A stretch of 64,000 bases of DNA from Octopus sinensis. Taxonomy: Eukaryota. Location of the stretch: positions 70,866,001 through 70,930,000 of the forward strand of contig NC_043008.1 of the NCBI RefSeq assembly GCF_006345805.1. The letters run 5' to 3'. Below, piece by piece: positions 1 to 14,230 of this stretch (the first letter of the stretch is position 1; each line of letters starts with the position of its first letter). A program made the translations under genes and the position numbers. Under the pieces are notes generated by a model. It was not told the origin of the DNA, did not search any database, and saw only the letters and a list, made by a program, of their open reading frames with translations.

Positions 1-299
1 AAAAATAGAGGCCACATTTTTACATTTTCATACATAGCTTTCGCAACAATTTAATATTGGGGAAATATATTCTCAAGAACTTCCTACGATAGGTTTTGAA
101 ATAGAAAGAAAAATGCAGGCTTCATTCTTTGAAAAAAAACTTATTTCATTACGTGCAAAAACCTTTAAATTTAAAGAACCTTTAAAGTTCACGTGAACTT
201 TGTGCGTCGATAAATTCTAGTTTAAAGTATTTTAACATTTGTCGACAATTGTCGACAATTCGTCGTCAGATTTGGGAAAACTATTATCATTGTTAAGCA

Positions 300-690
300 C
301 GCACACACACACACAATCAAACAAACACACACACACACACAGACATGTATATATATATATACATGTATATAAACATACATGTATATATATATATGTATAT
401 ATAGGCATGTATATATATATATGTATATATATGTATATATATACATATATATAGCTATATATGTATATATATTTATATAGCTACATATATATGCATATAT
501 ATATATGTATATATATTTACATATATATATATATATGAGGATGTATATATATACATATGTATATATATATGTGTATGTATATATGTATATATATATGTAT
601 ATATATATTATATGTATGTATATGCGTATATATGTGCACGTGTTTGTATGAATGCATGTAGGTATCAATGCATATATATATATATTTCAG
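300..690. repeat. Compound (CA)n/(TA)n/(TATG)n microsatellite
   Basis: Directly visible; explains the overlapping YI/HT-repeat ORFs. Confidence 0.95.
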
Positions 691-1071
691 TTTATTCATT
701 AGCCGTATGTTTCATCTCATTAGTCTTATGTTTCTATTCATTATTTTTAACTTACAATCCATTAATCTCCTGTTTCGAGACAATCAGTATCTCATCTTCA
801 AATCCAATCATTGTAAAGTGGTGTAACCCCGCGTGTTCTACATTTACCGAAACGCAAACATGTTATATACATGTGAATATAAACTCATGCATATACATAC
901 ATATCCACCTACCCCACCATCATCCCACACATAGCGTCATTCAGGGAGTTTATTATGGGAAACAAATATACGGTATATAACGAAAATAGACAAAAAGTCC
1001 TTAATAACAGAAATGAAATAGGAACATCACCGTGTATACGTTTGAAAGAAATGCCGTTCCCCAGTAGAAAG

Positions 1072-1072
<1 letters not shown>

Positions 1073-1166
<94 letters not shown>
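1073..1166. repeat. (TATC)n tetranucleotide microsatellite
   Basis: Pure ctat array. Similar arrays at ~6840-6930, 15490-15850, 22170-22300, 26920-27010 and 48890-49045. Confidence 0.97.
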
Positions 1167-1176
1167 ATTATATATA

Positions 1177-1568
1177 TACTCTTTTACTCTTTTACTTGTT
1201 TCAGTCAGTTGACTGCGGCATGCTGGAGCACCGCCTTTAGTCGAGCAAATCGACCCCAGAACTTATTCTTTGTAAACCCAGTACTTATTCTATCGGCCTC
1301 TTTTGCCGAACCGCTAAGTTACGCGGACATAAACACACCAGCATCGGTTGTCAAGCAATGCTAGGGGGACAAACACAGACACACAAACATACACGCACAC
1401 ATATATACATATATACATATATACGACGGGCTTCTTTCAGTTTCCGTCTACCAAATCCACTCACAAGGCTTTGGTCGGCTCGAAGGTATAGTAGAAGATA
1501 GTTGCCCAAGCTTGAACCCGAAACATGTTGTTGGTAAGCAGGGTACTTGCCACACACACACTCCTGCG

Positions 1569-1570
<2 letters not shown>
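1177..1570 (-). mobile_element. tRNA-derived SINE, family A, near full length
   Basis: Minus strand starts GGCGCAGGAGTG (A-box-like) and has a B-box-like GGTTCAAG, an internal (TA)/(TG) tract and an (AAAAGAGT)n tail. Homologous to copies at 19661 and 43241. Confidence 0.9.
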
Positions 1571-1607
<37 letters not shown>

Positions 1608-1696
1608 ATTAATACCGAGAGGCAGTTTGGTTTATTCGCCGAATTTACTGTGGGATAGTATTTAGGGAGACTGCTGAATTGCTACCTCGCAGAAAA

Positions 1697-1795
1697 TTCG
1701 CAAAGATATATATGCCTTGCATTGTAAACATCTTCAGTCTCCTCCCTGGGAGCGCCTGCATAAATGTCGAAGGTCTTTTTCTCACCTATTTAACA
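1697..1795. repeat. 99-bp dispersed direct repeat, copy 1
   Basis: Ungapped match to 4177-4275, 89/99 identical by manual count. Confidence 0.9.
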
Positions 1796-1928
1796 AAGCA
1801 CGTATACGTGTGTGTGCGACTGATAATGTTTACATTATCAATGTTTACATATCTATCTATCTATCTATCTAGCTATTTATCTCTCCTCCTTCTCTCTCTC
1901 TCTGTATATATATATATATATATATATA

Positions 1929-1970
<42 letters not shown>

Positions 1971-3406
1971 CGTGCGTGTGTGTGTGTGTGTGTGAACACT
2001 CACCCACGAACGTCTCAACAGAGATGCACATGGATTCGCATATGAAATGATCACTCGTGTTATTTTAAATCCGTAGCCAAGTGTTGGCTGCTATATAGAT
2101 CTGGCTCGCTGGCTCTTATATACCGGTATTTGTTTCTGTGTAAGCTAAGTTAATATATAAATTGAAGCTCAACTATTGATGCATTATGATCGACTAATTC
2201 TACTTCAGTGAATACCTGGTAGAGGACTATTGGAATATGAGTACCAGACTTCAATACGCACACAGACATCACCATGTGTGTTTGTGTGTGTGTGTATGTA
2301 TATCTGTATAGATTTAAGTTGCTTGTAGGCCTGTAAGTACGTAAGTACGTACCCTCCTTCTTGTTGATATATATATATATATACATACACACCATACATA
2401 CACACACACATATATATATGTGTGTGTGAGTGTGTATGTGTGTGTGTGTCTGTGTGTGTACGTGTGTGCTTTCCATCAGTCAGTCGTGTAAATAGTTTCA
2501 TTTTACCCAATACCAAAGTAGATTGTAACAGAAGAAAGTGAATCGAAAACGAACGTTCGGAAATAAATTCAAGCCGTCAAGCCGTGAACATTAAACATTT
2601 CTGTATAATCCCTCATGTAAAGTGCAGCCTATTTATTCTGCTTCAAAAGCATAATAATACAATAATGCACTTCCTTCGCCAAGGAAAATCGGTTAACATT
2701 CCTTTTTTTTTTATTTTCATTTAGGTTTGGTAATTTGGCTATCGAATCGATCTTTGGTTCCTGATGCGCATGTTTTGGTATGTGCTTTATATATGTACAC
2801 ACACACACACACACACACACTCAGAGAGAAACACACACACACGCACGCACACACACACACACACTCAGGGAGAAACACACACACACGCACGCACAGATGC
2901 ACACAAGCATGTATGTATAAGTGTGCGTGTGCGTGAGGCGTGTGTTTTAGTGTGTGCCTGAGTATGTATTGCGTGTGTGTGTGTTTATGTGTGATTATGT
3001 GTGCTTAGGTGTGTTGTGAGAATCAATTGGATTCGATTGGTTCCATTAGCCCTCGAAAATATTATGTCTGAAATTATGAATGGGTTATCGTTCAATTTCC
3101 ACTGGTATATTATTTAACTATAAAATGTCACCTATGTTCTTAACGTGGTTTCTTTCTACATCGCGTCAGTTCTGCACTTGAAACATAATGGCAAAATACA
3201 TGAAATATATTAAGAAATACAGTTGCGTGGTATACTTTTATAATTTTGTATATGCTCAAGTATCTTTTGTATATTTTTATTTTCCTTCTCTTCCCAATTT
3301 CTCTTGGACCTCCCGCAAGAATCTGAATAATGATATTGTCCGAAACGTTATCAACTGTACGCGTCTCTTGTACTTTTGTTGTTTCAGTTCTGTTTTATAC
3401 ACACAT

Positions 3407-3515
3407 ACACACACTCAGAGACATGTATGTACATACGTATTATTTGTGCTTATGCATGTGTGTATAAGTATATGCATAAATACATATATATGTATAAATA
3501 TATATATATATATAT

Positions 3516-3577
<62 letters not shown>

Positions 3578-3677
3578 ATATATATATATATATATTTATA
3601 CATATATATGTATTTATGCATATACTTATACACACATGCATAAGCACAAATAATACGTATGTACATACATGTCTCTG

Positions 3678-3686
<9 letters not shown>
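3407..3686. repeat. Perfect 280-bp palindrome centred on (TA)n
   Basis: Positions pair with constant sum 7093. ORFs 3376+ and 3415- give the same peptide. Confidence 0.95.
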
Positions 3687-3741
<55 letters not shown>

Positions 3742-4176
3742 TATGTATATATGTGTGTACACATGTGTGTATATATATGGGTATATATGTATGCATACCT
3801 ACATATATTTATTAGAGTGTGCACCTTTGCGCTTGTGTATAGACTCATGTATTCCGATGAGTTACTATTACCACCCTGTCAGTAGTGTCTTTAATCCTAA
3901 AATTACTAGATGAGTGCCATCTAGTTGCCAAACTGCAACCAAATCAAGAACAAGGCTTTGTGCAAGGATGTCACTGCTTTCGAAGTATCGCACTAATTTC
4001 GGGATTTAAAAACACATTACCTTCGGATCCGATCCTAAGGAAGATGCTATTCTTTCGTGTTTCTCGATTCTCTGTCTTTCATATATCATTTCAAAATTCG
4101 TTTTATCAACAGTAATTCCAATCTTCTAAAGGCATTTGAATAAGATCCTCTTTTCCGATTTTGCCTAAAAGTTTTT

Positions 4177-4275
4177 TTCGCAAAGATATACATGACTTGC
4201 ATTATAAACTTCTTCAGTCTCTCTCCTTGTAGCGCCTGCATAAATGTCGAAGGTCTTTTTATCACCTATTTAACA
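4177..4275. repeat. 99-bp dispersed direct repeat, copy 2
   Basis: Match to 1697-1795 at offset 2480. Confidence 0.9.
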
Positions 4276-4599
4276 TTTAAAGATGGCGTTACACATTTTT
4301 GCCTTGTAAAATTCTGATTTTGACTTCAAACAAGTTCACTTCATACCTGATGTTTATAACCACCAATATAGAAGGAGTGTTACGACAGCGTATTTCCTTG
4401 TTCTTTAGCAACCAAATGATTGATAAATCGTCATAATAAAAATAGTGATATCAATATAGAGAGCATATGAATAGCGTATTCAAATCTGGTTAGAGTAATA
4501 TAAAAAAAATGCAGGTTCTAATTTACCACAGAAATAGGCCTAATTAACAAACAGTTTACTTGATTAACCCTAAATAGCAATATAATTATTTTTAAGTTC

Positions 4600-5600
4600 A
4601 GTAATTACAAACAATACTTAATTTGGTTAACTCCATTTTATGTGAAAAGCTCGAGTGAGTAAACACTTTTGATATTTTGAATCCTCTTTCTTAGTCTTTG
4701 ATGAATGAATAAAAAATGGCGCACAAAATTGAATTTTGATTTAATCACAACGCCTGCAATTTCATTGACTCCAGGACTTGAATGGTGGCTGATTACCACA
4801 TAATGGTAGCTGATTACATTGTTTAATAAGGGCCACTGTCCACACAATAGTATCTATTAATACTACTTTGTATAGTTCCCTGTATAAGCCCTTTACACAC
4901 ATTTGCATTGGGTCTTCGATAACATTTTAATTGCTAAAAGTTTCCTGTATTTTCCTTATATACAATATATTGCTACCATATATCATTGCTTCTCACTGTC
5001 ACAATGTTTCGTAATATTATTCCCGTCATACAAAACCTCAATGTAACATATTTTCCATCCTGCGAATGAAAACCGGGTATCTGTCGTAAAATGTTAATTA
5101 AACAGTGTCCTAATGATTTTGTGTCAAATGTTAGAAAATGCAATTTTTATCGATTGTTGCCGAAAGTACCTCTTCCTAATAAATATCCTTCAAGGAAATA
5201 TAATCAGTTTTCCACTGGCATTGTCCTCATTTAAGATTTACGACTATAAAAGGAAGGTTTATGGAGCTTTCTTATCGCAAATTCATGCATAACTTTTCAG
5301 TCCCAAATAATGATGTGATATGAAATTTTTCTGAGGTAAACGTTTGCTTCATTTTATGTTCAGTTTCAAAGGCAAGAAATATGGAGATAAGTTGAATGAT
5401 CTGCCACATCTTTCCTTCATATTCCAGTAATTTAGCCTCTGCCTCTTGATAAACACTATAGTTATTGCTTATTATTTATTCTAAAGGTTCACACCGGCAT
5501 TTTTCATATGTGTATCTCTTTATAAGCATCGGTCATATACTTGGAGTCAGCACTGCAGCCAAGCAATCATTTCTATTCTGATTCAGTATGAAAGGCATTT
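4600..5600 (-). mobile_element. Possible highly decayed pogo/Tigger-like DDE transposase remnant
   Basis: Minus-strand fragments 'CMTGII', 'LLNNVISYH' and 'AGVVIKSKF' occur in the order of the DDE_1 motifs WMT.., LLLDNA..H and D.GVI..K. Many stops. Confidence 0.25.
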
Positions 5601-6873
5601 GATTGATTCCTTTTTAGATTTCTGAATACGTCACAATGGTCTAAGAACCTATAAAATAATTGCAATATTTATTATGCCGATTCCAGGAATTCAATATAAT
5701 CTTCGGTTTAGCATTCATAAGAGAAGAGTGGCAGGGAAAGTGATTTGCAGGAAGCGGAAATAAATGCTTTCTTGCATTTTGTTTCACACTGTTCCTTTTC
5801 AGGTTCAAGCCATTTCTTTGTTACTATTTCATTCCGTCCCAATATCTTCCATAAAACCACTACGAAATTGTGGGATCGAACTAAAATTAATATTTCACTC
5901 GGTTTAACATCCCCAAATGCTTCCTTCACTCTACTACAATCGTTGCGAGCAGGATTCCACTCTAAGAATAAAGCGTGAGCTCTTACTGGAAACTCTATAT
6001 CTTGTACTAATCTCTGATTACCTGCGATAAAAATCATGGCTTTTCCCTCCTTGCTCTAAATAAGCACGGACGGCAATGACAGATGTTATCTATATGTGTA
6101 ACAAGAATACTAAGTGTACCGACTATCGCCAAAAATAAGCCAAACCATTTAATAAATCGCGTTTTTAATACGTAGCCAATAGCTGATGTAGTTAATGAAC
6201 ATCGGTATTAATGGAACGATGAGCAGCTATAAATACGGCATTCAAGTCGTACAATATATCAAAATCTCTTTCCGTATAGCATATATAGTAGTTCGCACAT
6301 ACTGTAAGGTAAATATGCCGTCATTGTAGCCCCGGAAAAAGGGAGTGCAACAGATGCAAGCGCATCCACTAAATTTGTTTGGTGGCAGGTATTGAAAACG
6401 TTTTGAACATCCTCACGGAAACCTGGGTGTGTAGCACCTAATCACTTAAGAAGCTTTCCAAACCATGGCATATATATACATATATATATATATATATATT
6501 ATTGCCTTCTATTACAGACATCTAATATTTAAGTACTAAATCTCAGTTACAGAATACAATAAGTGTTCCTCTGATAATCCAATGCATTCAGGCATCCAAA
6601 TGTACTAGGAAAATCAAATAGTTGCAATGGTGAAACGTACGTAGGAACTAATAACTTTTAATTTGTGTTTATTTTGATTTTCTCCTACATGTGATCAGTA
6701 TATCATGCCTTGTATCGCTACTAAGTACGAGTACAGTGATAGACTAACACCCATACTAAGTGGATAATGATAATGTGCGGGAGATCTCACTCACAACGTA
6801 GTAGTCGTCCACACTGTAAACTCGCGATGCATTTATCTTTCTATTTATCTATCTATGTATCTATCTATCTATG

Positions 6874-6931
<58 letters not shown>

Positions 6932-7000
6932 CCAATCTATCTCTCTGTCTCTCTATCTGTTTGCCTGTCTGTCTGTCTCTGTCTGTCCCCCTTTCTCGCT

Positions 7001-7057
<57 letters not shown>

Positions 7058-7733
7058 AGGGTCCGGTTATTTGTCTGTCCTACGCACAATATATTTGGTT
7101 CCATAACCAAGTTATAAATCAATATTGTTTTTTGTTAAACATCAACCAATTTAGGAGAAAAATGTTTTTTTTAAGTTATGATGAAATATTATATAAGAAA
7201 CCAGACGATGGCGTATAACATCTGATTAATTTTTGATCTTTTTTATGGGCTTATTTCCCTTCTAGGATCAAATTCATAATCACAGTCTACAACTTGTGTT
7301 GTGTAATTCTAGTGATGAATAAATATATATCTTTATCAGATTTTATATACTGAAGAAATCAATACAACACTAAGAATTGGTATGCATGTAAAGTTGTTAA
7401 TAATATTGATGAGGTCACAGCTGCGTCAAATCACCATGTTGATCTGATCATATTTCTGTCCTGACGTCATCAGACAACGATCAAAAGGAGAAAAACATAT
7501 CTGTTAACGTTTAACATTTCTAATATATATCCCACCAGATGAAGCATTGACTATGATTTATCATTGATATCGATATGCATGCATGTATGCATGCATACAT
7601 GTACGTACGTATGTGTGTCATTATTCAGTTTTAGTTCAAGATTCCTTGCCAATAGAGAAAGAGCCGGTTTCTAACCTATATCCAAGGTTCCTTTATTGGA
7701 ATTTCAACATCAACAAAAGGGTCGTTTTGTATG

Positions 7734-7767
<34 letters not shown>

Positions 7768-7789
7768 CGTAGGTATGTGTTTTTGTACT

Positions 7790-7840
<51 letters not shown>

Positions 7841-8182
7841 CTGTGTGTGTCTGTGTTTCTTTGCTAGCCACACAGGGCTGAACACACACATATATTCATA
7901 TACACGTGAACGTCGAACGACGAAAATGAGTACTCAACTACGTATTGGTGGACAGAATTTCTAGATTTGTGAATTAAGGCTACTATCGTTTCATGTTAAG
8001 AAAAATAGAAAAATATCTTAATATCTTAACAAACTTTCAAACCGACATTTTTAACAATCTTTTAAACTACGGGCATACATTTTACTTGCACTATCCATAG
8101 CCTCTGTAATTCAATAGCTAGGTTCTGGTATTTTGCTATTTTCTATACTTCTCATATTGACTTTTTCAACATTTGGGACTGT

Positions 8183-9080
<898 letters not shown>

Positions 9081-9615
9081 ATGCCCTGATGCAATACCAG
9101 GTACAGGCTAGCCCTTCTGCATTTTGATCTTAACTGACAGGAAGAGTTATTATGTACCTTGTGTTGTCTTGGCATAAAAGACAGCAAATATTTTGCCCAA
9201 AACCCCAGATTGACTTGTCAATTGCTTGACCATAACAATTTGAGCTTGTCCCTTAGTGGCTGACAATATGTGTGTCTCTGATTACGAGCAGAAATTGTAG
9301 GAGAGCATCATAACCACTTATTGAGAGGAAATCTTTGGGTCTTGATAATTTACCTCTGGAAACGTGTGTTTTGTTCAATATCCTTAAACAAGCCTTATTC
9401 GGGGACCTTAAGAGCGGCCTTGGCTACTCAGCCTGAAGAAAATTCTTATTGGGCCCATCTCAAAGGTCATGCGCTGTTTATTATTGATCACCATGTTGCG
9501 CACATATGGTTGTGATGAATGTGTCTGGTGTCCACTTATGAGACGAGTAGTCATGATGGGCATATTGGGTTTCGCATACTAGCTCTCCAGTCTCACGTTG
9601 ATGGCATGTACTGCT
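9081..9615. mobile_element. (TAA)n-associated interspersed repeat (~540 bp), probably a non-autonomous retroelement
   Basis: Its right-hand part (~9300-9615) is homologous to 28107-28445. Both copies abut (TAA)n. Confidence 0.7.
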
Positions 9616-9712
9616 GGCCTACCGATGTATACAGTACATTTCACTGCCATCGGTATCAGGAAGACACTCGGTAAGAAATGGAAGCAGAACTGAAAGAAGA
9701 TGCTAATGAAAA
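9615..9712 (+). mobile_element. Short retroelement 3'-end-like fragment followed by a TAA-like tail
   Basis: Homologous to 54050-54134 (ggcctacc..gaagacactcgg.aagaaatggaagca..tgaaagaag). Confidence 0.6.
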
Positions 9713-9749
9713 TAATTATGATAATAATGATAACAATGATGATGATGAT

Positions 9750-10088
9750 TACAAATATTGGCACAATTTTGGCGGAATTTGAATTCAGAACGTAAAGACG
9801 AACAAAACGCTATGTAGCATTTTGCCCCGCGTACTAACGATTCTGTCAATATGTTACTAATTAGGTATATATATTGGTTTCAAATATTGGCACAAGGTCA
9901 GAACTTTCGGGGAAGTATTTAAGTCGATTACGTCAACCCAGTATTTTAATAGTACTAATTTTATCGACCCCGAGAGGTTGAAAGGCAGACTGGATCCCGG
10001 TAGAATTTGAACTCAGAACGTGAGGACAGACGAAATGCCACTAAACACTTTGCCCGAAGCGTTAGCCATTCTGTCAGCACGCCACCTT
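9750..10088 (-). mobile_element. SINE family B, two adjacent decayed copies
   Basis: ggcggaatttgaa.tcagaacg and tttatcgaccccga..ggttgaaaggca motifs shared with 30335-30822, 36311-36521 and 40612-40826. Confidence 0.8.
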
Positions 10089-11559
10089 ACATTAGTTGTA
10101 TATATTAACATGAAAGAAATACTGTGGAAATTCTATCATCTGGATATATAATGATATTTATTTACTGCGTAGCGCGAAGTTCACCGTTATATCCGATTGA
10201 ATCAACCAGAGTATATTAGGAGCATGGAAGTAAAACTCAAACTCGGAATCATATGTAATCTAAACTGAAGAGAATGTTACATTACTTACCGCAAGGTAAT
10301 TCGTTCTTCCGCCACTTTACCAAATATGTCACAATTCTATCTTTTATATTGCGTGACATTACTGATTTCTAAGAGTAGGAACGATATAATCCATTGTATG
10401 GAGATCACTGTTTTGCAGTTAATCCATTAATTATTATGGATGACAGCAAAATTAACGTCGTTGAGATTAGAAATCTCTACGTAGCGAATCGTATCTGAAT
10501 CGATCTTACGATTCTATAAACGCACTTGATGCTTAACAGTATTGCAAATACATCGTAAATAGTTGCAGCAGCAAAACTGCAGCATTTCATTGAGAAGTGC
10601 AACAAATAAAGGCAAAAAGCAAACAGAAAAAAGAAAGCAACAAAATTTCTAAGAAGAATGTAATATTATTGACTTGTGTATGACGTAGTTTCCATAGCTT
10701 CGTTATTGTCTAGACTCTAGTAGAATGAATCAACTTTAATTACCACTTTCGTCTGGACGTGTTCTCTGTTACGGTATTTAAAATAAAAATATAACTCTAG
10801 AAAGTGTATAGTTAAGAGTTCAACCAATTTAATGACCTTAGAGGTCACCCGGAATAGTTCAGAATTGAAGTTGGTTGTAACTCTTGTGTAAATACAAGAA
10901 ACACTTCACGCTTTCTTATTACAAAATGAATGTAGAGCACTATTATTTTTAGTGCCATTCAAAAGAACATATTCTTCAAGCACGTCTTTTAAAAGCAGCT
11001 CCTCTCAAGGGAAGACATCTTATTTAAGAGAAACCAACAATCTTTCGTTCGTTATATAATTTGATATTTTTATACGCTCATCTTGCAAATACAGATATTA
11101 TTTATTCATTTATTCTTCGAACTGGAAGAATACTATTGATTGTAACAACATAAAATATTCATAGGCACAAAATAGAGTGCAAATTCAATTTTAGACTGAA
11201 ATTTCATACCCATTGTTCAGAACTAATCAGAGACGCTGGACTCCATATAAAATGGGCTGTTTGTCGATGTAAACAAAAAAGCTTCTACAGAATTTCTAAA
11301 GAAGTTCGTAGAATAAGTTATGCTTTTTTGTTTTATTTTAGCAAATTCCAATCACATCTCAAAATGAAAAAAAAAAAAAAAAGAAAAACATTGTCAGTAT
11401 TGAATATATTCAGTTGATAGAAGCCATAGTTTTTCAGAGATATGTCTACATAGATATTAATTATTATTGATAAATCTCTATTGTTCGTGTTTGCGATTCT
11501 ACAATTAGAAATAACAATTTCTTATAAGAAAGGTAGTATTTAAGTTCGTTGTTGGCATT

Positions 11560-11830
11560 TTGATTCAGTTACATCTAGTCTGTTGCTAACAGCCGATAAT
11601 ATATGAATAGTTGGAGATATTGCAAAGAGGTTAGTCATTCCCAGGTAAATAATTGATGAGATGTGGATGGAGGTGGGGAACACGTTCCTGATTTGTTTCA
11701 GAAAATGTGCAAGGATTTTAGTATATAATGAAATCTGTGGCAATGAAACAGAAAATGAGTACAAGCTAGGAATTTCAAAGAGTGGGGTATATCGAATCAA
11801 AATAAATAATGTATTTCGGCGGACTTTGAA
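11560..11830 (+). mobile_element. Possible decayed RTE-clade LINE, region downstream of RT
   Basis: Remote resemblance to the DI..RL / LYG.E.W.. region. No intact frame. Confidence 0.3.
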
Positions 11831-12379
11831 TTGTGACGGTGGTAGTAGTGGTGTAATGTTGGTGATAGTAGTGATTTAATGATGGTGGTGTGAAGGTGAT
11901 GATGTGGTGGTGGTATGGTAGCTATGTTGGTATAGACGTACTTGTGATGGTAGTGGTGGTCGTAATGATGGTGGTGACAGTGGTAGGACATCGTAATTCG
12001 ACGATTAGCTTTTTCTATCAACTGAATTTTCTGCTCGTTGAAATAGTATATAAATAGTTCAGTGCTCTGACTGAACACATACCGTCACCATAATTCTCAG
12101 AAAGAACCAGTGCGATACAGTCATTTTGGAATTACAGGTAATATCCACCCGTACAGATTGTAAACATGCTCCATCTACCCTATTTCACTCACTCAGACTA
12201 TGGATTACCAAAAAGCTGTACAAAATATTTTTCTTGCATGCCACGCTTTGAAATTTAATCCATAACTTCTACCGTAGAACACACAAAGTAATCTAGTACT
12301 GCCTAGATAACACAGTTACCATAAGTGTATGATATGTGGTCCCGTTTCCTCGTAGGATTAGAGCTGATTTCAAATACTA

Positions 12380-12620
12380 ATAGAACATATACAACTTTAC
12401 TGTAGGGAACTCAAAGGAAAGTTAAATAACAAAACTATATCAGTAGAATTGGTCACAGACTAAATTCGAGAAATATTTTTGAATGCGTACAAAATATTAA
12501 CAACACGCTAACAGGATTATACAAAAAGTCAATAGAATTTCTATATTCTTCTGTTCTATAGTAAATTATTGTGATTATCACGGCTGGACTCAATGGACAT
12601 GAAATCTATAGTGAAAAATC
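12380..12620 (+). mobile_element. Possible LINE APE endonuclease remnant
   Basis: 'VIITAGLNGH' resembles the (L/I)IIAGDFNGH motif. Confidence 0.3.
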
Positions 12621-13489
12621 AACTTTGAAAATTGAACAGATATAATAAAAGTCTGCCGATGGCTGCAGTTCTTCAGTCTTATACTTACAAGATGACAGAC
12701 AAAATTGCAGTTATGGTTCAAAAATGTATTATTCATGTCATGTCAAAGTTCAAACCGAAATTAATTTTAAGACGATAAAATAAGATTGAGGAAAATATTT
12801 CGTAAACATATGGCTTAGTTGAGTATCTTCTGTAGTAAATATTGATGGGGAAGGGGGTCAGATCTGTCATATTTTGAGATAGAAAACATTGGTTAACTGA
12901 GATTATCCATGCAATTAATAGGCAAGACGCCCTCGGGGAGTGTTAGGATTTAAAGTAGTAAGCAAGATAATTCCACTAAGATTAGAAAATTCAATTTTTT
13001 AAAGATATACAAGACGCGTGCATAAGTAGAAATTTACTCCAAATCCCACAGGTGAAAAACTGTAGACATATTTAGGTCACATTTAGTACGCATACACACA
13101 TACATCACACACTGACACACATACTACACACACACATACGCACACACAAACACGCACCAAACAAAGGCAGATATCACACATACCATGCTCTTAAAGATAT
13201 CTATGTATTTATCTATCTGTCCATCATTTATGTTGTCTGTATCTCTATCTATCTATATCTCTCTCTGCACACACACACATACACAAACACACACACTCAC
13301 ACACACACTAACTCGCACACGCACAGACACATGGATGCATGGATATATTGACTTGCATATAGCTACATGAGTTTGACATATTAGCTCACTGTGCGAGTGA
13401 GTGTATCTGTGTGTATAAGTGTTTGAGAGTGTTAATGTTAAATATATATATAGATAGATAGATAAATAGATAGGTAGATAGATAGATAA

Positions 13490-13665
13490 TCCAAAGAAGA
13501 ACAGGCAAGAAAAAACAACGCTTGGACGTAGAACAAGTACTGTGTCATTATAAGTTCAGAAAAGGAAAGAAAAGAAAGGGGAGTTCACGTTTCGAGCGGG
13601 GCTCTTCATCAGAAATATAGAAAAAGTCCAAAGAAGGGAAGATGGAGAAGGAAAATCGCCCAGAC
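13490..13665 (-). mobile_element. Penelope-like terminal repeat fragment with minimal hammerhead-like motif
   Basis: Minus strand reads CTGATGA-A-GAGC-ccc-GCTC-GAAACGT, followed by a pyrimidine-rich tail. Confidence 0.55.
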
Positions 13666-13672
13666 AGATACT

Positions 13673-13884
13673 GGCGCAGGCATGGTAAAAAGTTTCTACC
13701 CAACCATATGGTTTCGAGTTCAGTACTACTGCGTAGCACCTTGGGTAAGTGTATTCTACGGGCCGACCAAACCATTGTGAGTGAATTTGGTTGAGAAAAA
13801 CTGAAAGAAACCCATCGTGTATGTATATATATAAATATTTATGCATATTTATACATATGTATATATATATATATATGTATATGC

Positions 13885-13965
<81 letters not shown>

Positions 13966-14230
13966 TATATATATATATATATTAATATATATAAACATAT
14001 ATATATTTATGTGTATGTCTTTGTTTCTACTTTTTTCCCCACCATTGCTTGATAACCAATGTTGGGGCGTTTACGCCCCCGTATCCTATCGGTTCAGTAA
14101 AAGTGGTCGATAGAATAAGTATCAGTCTTATAAAGTATAAAGTCCTGGTGTTGATTTCTTCGACTAAAAATACCCATCAAGGCGGTGCTCCAGCATGGCC
14201 CCGGTCAAATGACTGAAATAAGTAACAGAA
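13673..14230 (+). mobile_element. SINE family A with expanded internal (TA)n
   Basis: ggcgcagg head, gagttcagtactactgcgtagcaccttggg, and 3' ggcggtgctccagcatggcc..tcaaatgactgaaa. Confidence 0.88.

Noticed and set aside
2050-2275. Possible solo LTR (TG...CA, TATA-like motifs)
   Set aside because: No matching TSD or second copy, and termini are ambiguous.
7430-7480. Third hammerhead-like motif (minus: CTGATGA-cgtcaggaca-GAAA)
   Set aside because: Stem II closing pair, stem III and stem I are all defective; compatible with chance.
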